DNA of 64,000 nucleotides, taken from assembly GCA_964016885.1 (NCBI GenBank), contig OZ024741.1:403124001-403188000 (forward strand). Direction: 5' to 3'. The notes below the pieces were generated by a model. That model ran no database searches. It was not told where the DNA came from and saw only the letters and a list, made by a program, of their open reading frames with translations. Made by a program: the position numbers and the translations under genes. The first letter of the stretch is position 1, and each line of letters starts with the position of its first letter. This DNA is from Eledone cirrhosa. Its lineage: Eukaryota. Shown here in pieces: positions 56,387 to 64,000 of this stretch.

Positions 56387-58810
56387 TTTCTGAATCTGTT
56401 TAGCAAGATTCTTTATCTGAAAACGTGTGTTGAAACCGATATTGTTATGCTTTGGGAGGGTCATGTTGCCAATAAGAAACACACGCACCAGTTGCTTTCA
56501 CTTCAATTTATTATAATAAATTTATAAATTTAGGAATTTATAAATTTACGGTTGGTTGGTTTGTTCCACAACCAGATGGTTGTTTATATATTGCCAAAGT
56601 TATTTCGTCACACATTCTGTGACCTCTTCAGTGACTGGGGATTCTTTTCTTTGTTTTTTGTGCCTCTCCTTTGTTCTGTCCTACGCCATCTTGTTTTTGT
56701 GTGTGTATTGTGTGCTTAGTTTGCGCATGTGTTACATCCGGGTGTCTGTGTGTGTTTATATTCGTTTATTTATTTGTTTATTTACATGTTACTGGTTGGT
56801 TGTTTGTTCTATGTGCGTGTGTGTTTTCATTTTGTCCTTAATTGTAAGTTGTGATGTTGCTGTTCCACTCATGTTTTCTATTTAATTTTGGCTGGAGTTC
56901 ATTTATGTTTATTGCCTCTGTGATTTGTCTAAACATTGCGTCTTTTCTGTGTGTAGATTCTATTTTTATTTCTATGTTCTCTAATTTACCCTTGTGTTCT
57001 ATTTTAGCATGTTGGTAGAGTACAGATGATTCTTTACTATCTTGAAGGTCTCGCTAGTGTTTATTTATCCGTTCCCCTATACTACGAGCTGTCTCACCTA
57101 TGTACACTATATTTTTATCTCTACATTTTCCTTCAGTACATCTTATGCTATATACTACATTTCTAGTTTTACAGTTAATATGGGGGTTATCTATTCAGGG
57201 AGGTCTTTGAAAAGGGTATGTCTTGCTAATAAGTGTTTTTATGGAGGTACCTGGTCTTTCTACTATCTTAATATTGAGTTTATGTTTATCTAGGGCCCTT
57301 CTAAATTTGTAAGCTAATTCACCTCTAGGGGTTGTATCGATGAACATTACACTCTGGTATTTATTGGTATCATACCATGAGTTTATTCTATTAGCCTTAT
57401 TCCTAGTTCTTTCTATTCTATTCCAAAATTTGCTCCTATACAAGGGGCAGGTCAAATTTGTGTCATTATTTACCATTTTTTCCCCATCATTGAAATGTCC
57501 CCAGATGTATGTGACAGCACAGAGGACCTCCTCAGCAGAATCGGCGAGAGTAACCGATCTAGGGACCTGACAAACTGCATAATAGGTAGTATGGGTGTTG
57601 TGTCCTTGTATCCATCTATTGGCGTGGATTTTGCTGTGGAGAAATGCGTAAAAATGATCAGTGAGAGCAATGTTGAATTCCGTTGGATTGATACCAGTGA
57701 GCTGGGACTCCTACTTAAACTTACCTATAGTAATAATTATCTAGACACATATGACCTTAGGAACCTGTGCCCTACAAGACCAGCAAGAGGCAGACCACCT
57801 ACCATTACCTCAATGGCCAAGAAAACCCACACAGATAGATGGAACAGATAGATGGAACGGGTGGACCAGAGCCATACGGCCCCCCAAAAACCACGATGAA
57901 CTAAAGAAAATGATTGCACATGCGGTGGGGGCCAGCATAAAATTAACCCTTAAGGAACATATGTTCAAATTTAATGGAAAAACATATGCCCAAGAGGAGG
58001 GAGCAGCCATTGGTGTTAGCATTGCAGGCAACATAGCTAACCTATTCATGGTATGGTGGGACAGTAGACTTAAACTTAAACTTAAAGAACAATTAGAAGA
58101 CCCCTTAACCCTGATAAAGGACAATGTAGAAATAAAAATATAGTGTACATAGGTGAGACAGCTCGTAGTATAGGGGAACGGATAAATGAACACTAGCGAG
58201 ACCTTCAAGATAGTAAAGAATCATCTGTACTCTACCAACATACTAAAATAGAACATAAGGGTAAATTAGAGAACATAGAAATAAAAATAGAATCTACACA
58301 CAGAAAAGACGCAATGTTTAGACAAATCACAGAGGCAATAAACATAAATGAACTCCAGCCAAAATTAAATAGAAAACATGAGTGGAACAGCAACATCACA
58401 ACTTACAATTAAGGACAAAATGAAAACACACACGCACATAGAACAAACAACCAACCAGTAACATGTAAATAAACAAATAAATAAACGAATATAAACACAC
58501 ACAGACACCCGGATGTAACACATGCGCAAACTAAGCGCACAATACACACACAAAAACAAGATGGCGTAGGACAGAACAAAGGAGAGGCACAAAAAACAAA
58601 GAAAAGAATCCCCAGTCACTGAAGAGGTCACAGAATGTGTGACGAAAGAACTTTGACAATATATAAACAACCATCTGGTTATGGAACCAACCAACCAACC
58701 GTAAATTTATAAATTCCTAAATTTATAAATTTATTATAATAAATTGAAGTGAAAGCAACTGGTGCGTGTGTTTCTTATTGGCAACATGACCCTCTCAAAG
58801 TATAACAATA
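56385..58810. mobile_element. Head-to-head inverted Penelope-like element: GIY-YIG + 3' end on - (56385-57480); RT fragment + GIY-YIG + 3' end on + (57480-58810)
   Basis: RT motifs VVSLYPSI and FKFNGKTYAQEEGAAIG.SIAG.IANLFM. GIY-YIG motif NVVYSIRC...YIGETARSIGERINEH. Arms of about 680 bp are reverse complements. (TA)n on both sides. Stops and frameshifts are present. Confidence 0.9.
58615..58657 (+). ncRNA. Type I hammerhead in the PLE 3' end (mirror copy 56593-56635 on -)
   Basis: GTCA-CTGAAGA-G-GTCACA(GAATG)TGTGAC-GAA-AG(AA)CT-T-TGAC. Confidence 0.75.
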
Positions 58811-58821
58811 TATATATATAT

Positions 58822-59704
58822 ATTAAAGAGTTAAAGAAGATTCAATGAGTACATCAAAGAATGAGTTTTACAGTAGATTGGAAGCACTCTACAGAACAAA
58901 TTTCCAGAGTTATTAATATTAAAATACAAATATTAATAAAATACATGTTCTTTTGATCAATTAAATTTTATTATACATATTTCAGAGGTACAACAGTACG
59001 TCCTCATCAGACAAAATATAATGATACATGACATACCCTGAGATGTTAAATGGTTAAGATTTAATCAAGGTAGTGATTAACCTAAGAGAAAACTCAACAT
59101 TTATACCCTAATAATGAGAAAATGCGAACACGTAATAAATTCAATAGAGAATGTGTGAGTAAGAAAAACGTTGGTTAATGTGACAGCTATAGAGATTTTA
59201 AAATGTGGGATACTACAAGTTATGGTTATCTAGGAAAACGTCTCATGAATTATAACTGTTTATGAAGGCCGCTGAGAGAGGATTTAAAGAGAGGGAAAGA
59301 TAAAGGGGAGTAATATATGCAGAAAGAGATTTTTTTCCTTAAAAGCTAAACGGTTAAGTTTCAAAATATTTAATTTATGTTAATTTAAGGGTGAAGAATC
59401 AAGATTTTAGGTTTTTTTAAAAGTTGATGGTTATTTATATTTATTAATTTTATAAATTCTATAAATGTGTTAACATTTCTAAACTTCTGAATTTTATGAG
59501 GATAAAATTTAAAGGATTTACCTGGCCAGCGAAAGGAAAATTTACACTGTTGAATATTTTCCTAATTGTAATCTTTAACGAAAATTACCTATAAAAATGT
59601 CAACATTTTCGGTATGTAAAGCTTATGAAGTACTTATTGTTAGAAATATCTAAAAATTAATTGTCAAGTGGTTAGTGTAATGATTAACGCAGAGTTTTCA
59701 GCAA

Positions 59705-59786
<82 letters not shown>

Positions 59787-61005
59787 GAATTATGGTAATA
59801 TTTGTTTTATTATATTAAATCTCTATATAAGTTCTACTTTCAGGATAGGAATAATAAATATGCTATTGTACAAATATCTATATTTGCACAAACTATATAT
59901 TTGTACAAACTATACGTTAAACTAAACGGTAATTATGTTATAATACACTATAGATATATATGCAGAACCCCCCCCCCCCCAGCTGAGATATACGTAACTA
60001 ATAATAAAATTATGTTATTATACAGATACACTTATTTTCAAAAATAAAAATTAGGTATAGAGAGATATATTAAATATTAATGAGCCAGTATATTTTAGGT
60101 AAATGATAGCGAATATAAAATAATAGATTCAAACATGCTAAAGTTAAATATATACATATATATAAAAGAGTGTAAAGGCATAAATTATTCACAGTTCAAA
60201 ATAAATAATCTAAAAATTTAAAAGTTATCTAAAAATTAGGTATAGAGAGATATATTAAGTATTAGTGATACAGTATACTTTTGGTAAATGATAACGATTA
60301 TAATCTTATATAATAGATTTCAACGTGCTACAGTTAAATAGGTAATTTTCGTTAAAGACTACATTCAGGAAAATATTCAACAGTGTAAATTTTCCTTTCG
60401 CTGGCCAGGTAAATCCTTTAAATTTTATCCTCATAAAATTCAGAAGTTTAGAAATGTTAACACATTTATAGAATTTATAAAATTAATAAATATAAATAAC
60501 CATCAACTTTTAAAAAAACCTAAAATCTTGATTCTTCACCCTTAAATTAACATAAATTAAATATTTTGAAACTTAACCGTTTAGCTTTTAAGGAAAAAAA
60601 TCTCTTTCTGCATATATTACTCCCCTTTATCTTTCCCTCTCTTTAAATCCTCTCTCAGCGGCCTTCATAAACAGTTATAATTCATGAGACGTTTTCCTAG
60701 ATAACCATAACTTGTAGTATCCCACATTTTAAAATCTCTATAGCTGTCACATTAACCAACGTTTTTCTTACTCACACATTCTCTATTGAATTTATTACGT
60801 TTTCGCATTTTCTCATTATTAGGGTATAAATGTTGAGTTTTCTCTTAGGTTAATCACTACCTTGATTAAATCTTAACCATTTAACATCTCAGGGTATGTC
60901 ATGTATCATTATATTTTGTCTGATGAGGACGTACTGTTGTACCTCTGAAATATGTATAATAAAATTTAATTGATCAAAAGAACATGTATTTTATTAATAT
61001 TTGTA

Positions 61006-61012
<7 letters not shown>
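58822..61012. mobile_element. Second head-to-head inverted element (arms ~58912-59592 and ~60338-61012), PLE-type
   Basis: Near-perfect inverted arms of about 680 bp, an HHR near each outer end, (TA)n flanks; no clear ORF recognised. Confidence 0.75.
60913..60965 (+). ncRNA. Type I hammerhead (mirror copy 58965-59017 on -)
   Basis: ATTTTGT-CTGATGA-GGACGTAC(TGTT)GTACCTCT-GAA-ATA(TG)TAT-A-ATAAAAT. Confidence 0.75.
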
Positions 61013-61076
<64 letters not shown>

Positions 61077-61279
61077 TATATATACACTATATATGATGTT
61101 ATCCAAAAGAAAGACAAATACCGATACAGCTTGGAGCCAGGGACGTCCTCACAACTCATTTCTACAGCTGAGTGAAATGGAGCAACCTGAAATAAAGTGT
61201 CTTACTTAAGAACACAACACTTCATCTAGTTCGAGAATCGAACTTACAACCTCACGATTGTGTATCCGACACTCTAACC

Positions 61280-61398
61280 TAGGCATGAGCAACCTTTCTC
61301 GAGCAATTGGTTGAATAGAATTTTGATCGTCATTAAAATTCAAGACCATTTTGAAATTAGGCCGAACCGGCTCGCGGGCCTCAGGTAGGTCATGACTG
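61280..61398. mobile_element. hAT-type MITE nested in a SINE
   Basis: Imperfect TIRs taggcatgagcaacct / aggtaggtcatgactg; 8-bp TSD ctctaacc / ctctaagc. Confidence 0.6.
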
Positions 61399-61490
61399 CT
61401 CTAAGCACTAGGTCACGCATCTTTATAAGGCCTTTAATCACGTATATACATATAGATGAACACTTCGATATGTTATATGAAACCACTCAC

Positions 61491-61541
61491 CTGGTAAGCG
61501 TTTAACTGTTCATCAGAAAATGTCACAACCTGGTTCCCCAT
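61491..61541 (-). CDS. CIB3: CIB2/3-like exon 1 (MGNQVVTFSDEQLNAYQ)
   Basis: ATG GGG AAC ... TAC CAG|gtgagt; 51 nt; MG N-terminus typical of CIB proteins. Confidence 0.92.
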
Positions 61542-61710
61542 CGTTCTCAAGAAACGTCGATTCCTGGTGAAAAATTATTCCATTAAACCATTTAAAACAC
61601 CAAATTCTTGAATTTTAGTTTACCCATCCATGTTGTCACATGTAGCTTAACAGTGTATTTTACTTCGGAAGACTTCAGTATTGACTTTACTTTTTTACTT
61701 GTACATACAT

Positions 61711-61744
<34 letters not shown>

Positions 61745-61985
61745 TGTATATATATATATATACTGTATATATAGTAATAATAATAAATACAAAGACCAAA
61801 ATCCAGTTAGGACTTGATAAGGGTTGTATATAAGTATATTTCAACCATTAGAGAAAATACTTTTTAAGGTGAAAGTAGAAATTATTTGCTTAAACCTTTA
61901 ATCTGAGCTAATGTGTATATAGGAGTGTTTGAGGACTCTACCCCGACGACACTCTTAGGAATAAGTGGGCAAAGAAAATATATAT

Positions 61986-62078
<93 letters not shown>

Positions 62079-62154
62079 CGTGTATATATATATACATAAA
62101 CACACTAAATCCTTGAATTTTAGTTAACCTTCCATTGTTGTTTATTTTACGTTG

Positions 62155-62325
62155 CTTCAGTACACTCAACTGAGCGTGAGTACCAGCAATAGCTGGGAAG
62201 TTAAACCTGCGATAGACTGGCGTCCTGTCCAGGGAGAGTGTTGTACTCTCAGTCGCTCAACGCCAAGGAAACCGGGGATAAGTAGCGCCCTGATGAACTT
62301 TCGGCTTAGAACAGACTTTAACTTC
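62155..62325 (+). mobile_element. SINE 3' fragment
   Basis: cctgcgatagactggcgtcctgtccaggg...gaaaccggg motif typical of metazoan SINE bodies. Confidence 0.55.
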
Positions 62326-62989
62326 CATCGTTGTCACACGTAGCTTCAAAGTCTATTTTACTTAAAAAGACTTCAGTTATTCCGTTGATCATACATCATG
62401 GTATACAAATATATACACCAAATTTGTGTGTGTATATATATATATATATATAGGAAAAGAGTCAGGACCCCGACAGCTGAGCTCCGGCCGTTTTATATAT
62501 AGAGGTAGAACACTGGAAGGTAATATCCGTAGTGGTAGAGTACTCAGTCCATGAGACGAGTTTGGTAGATCCGCATAAGGTGAAACAATTGTTCTCGGTA
62601 TGGTGAACTAACTGTTGTGTAAAATTCTCTTATAAAGGCTCCGTCGTTTTCATTAATATCATCATCATCATTATTATTATTACCATCATCGTAATCATCA
62701 TCATCCTCACCATAATTATTGTTGTAGTTGTGTTTACCTTTCTGTTGAGACTATGAACAAAGTTCTACTTATTTGAATTCTTCAGGTAAGAAAAAAACAA
62801 AAGAAAAAACAAACTACTTTTATCCATGTGGTAGCCTCCATTTCTTAGTTGTTGTTGTTGCTGTTGTTGTTGTTGTTGTTATTGTTGTTGTTTTACACCA
62901 GGTGAAATTCCATTGTGTAGTCTTGTGATTAAAGACGTTCCAGCCTTGAACATCCAGTCTTGTTTTCTAAACTCAAAGAAAAAGTATTA

Positions 62990-63530
62990 TCCATTGTGTT
63001 CTTATTTTTTTCTTTCTTTTTATAAAGACGGTAATATGTAATACAGCTGCTATCTCTAGCAGAGAGAATAACCAGGTATAGGTTCCATATTGTCCTGTGG
63101 TTGTGGTTGTAATTATTACACTGACGTTCAATTATAAAATAACTATCAAAACAGTTGTAAAAGATATTTAGCAATTAATTACACTGCTTTTTCAGTTCGG
63201 TAAATTCTAGAAAAAATAAAGGATTATTTTGAGGTAAGATATTTTAAAACTCAAATAAAAGGTATTTAGGACTGCATTATCCACTGAGGCATTGTATATT
63301 TTTCTTTATTTTTATAAAGACGATCAGATGTAACACAGTTGCTATTTCTAGCAGAGAGAACGACCAGGTATATGCTCCATAGTGTCCTGTTATCGTCGTT
63401 GTAATTATCACAGTGACGTTCGATCAGATAAAACTATTAAAATAGTTGTAAAGTATTTAGTAATTATGTTACCTGGCTTCAGTTTGGTAAATTCTAGAAA
63501 AAGTAAAGGATTATTTTGAAGTAAGACTAA
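62990..63530. repeat. Two diverged ~295-bp direct repeats
   Basis: ttttataaagacg...tctagcagagagaa...ggtaaattctagaaaaa...ggattattttga occurs twice. Confidence 0.75.
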
Positions 63531-63929
63531 AACCAACTTGGTTGTTTTATAAAGTCGACCAAGATGTCGGCAGTATCTTCAGGTAAGTCAGAAATTACTG
63601 GCTTTCATTGATAACTGTTTTATGTGACCACTTCACTATTTCACATATAAACTAGAGTCTTGAGTGTTATCGATTTATCGAGATCAAGTAAATATAGCTA
63701 ATAATTGGTCACTTGTTGTTAAGACGACAACAGCCTTATGCTAACATGTCTCCGGCCTTTTTATTTCTAACTTAATCGATCAATGGCCAGCTTATACGAT
63801 AGCTAATCAGTCACTTTGGTTAACTGATTGATCTAGCAATATCAGGTCTATAAATTGTAATATATCGGCTGGTGAAGGCGTCCCTACGTAGTCTCGTGAC
63901 CGACTAGAAATCATCATCATCATCGTCGC

Positions 63930-63963
<34 letters not shown>

Positions 63964-64000
63964 TCCACCACGACCACCACGACCACCACGACGACCACCA

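Noticed and set aside
57495-58208. Functional PLE RT gene
   Set aside because: Frameshift, in-frame stops and an internal deletion between RT and GIY-YIG.

Overview
This is repeat-rich animal (eukaryotic) genomic DNA; the SINE/LINE repertoire and the (TA)n/(CA)n density suggest a cephalopod, but that is inference. One host gene can be rebuilt by hand: a 7-exon, minus-strand CIB2/CIB3-like EF-hand gene (ATG at 61541, stop at 15202-15204, 189 aa, intron 1 about 34 kb). A ~15 kb 45-bp satellite lies just past its 3' end. The introns hold an intact-ORF RTE LINE, Penelope-like element (PLE) fragments, Helitron, MITE and SINE copies, and minisatellites grown out of TE sequence. The main finding is at 27613-33756: about 13 apparently identical 467-bp non-coding units, each with a minimal type I hammerhead ribozyme (HHR) with a palindromic stem III, inside a highly base-paired unit. 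The units form two head-to-head arms inserted in a (TA)n tract. This fits a very young non-LTR retrozyme (circRNA replicon) copied by rolling-circle reverse transcription from both ends of a break. Several PLE-type insertions nearby share the same head-to-head, HHR-outward, (TA)n-flanked architecture. All calls were made by eye; no searches were run.
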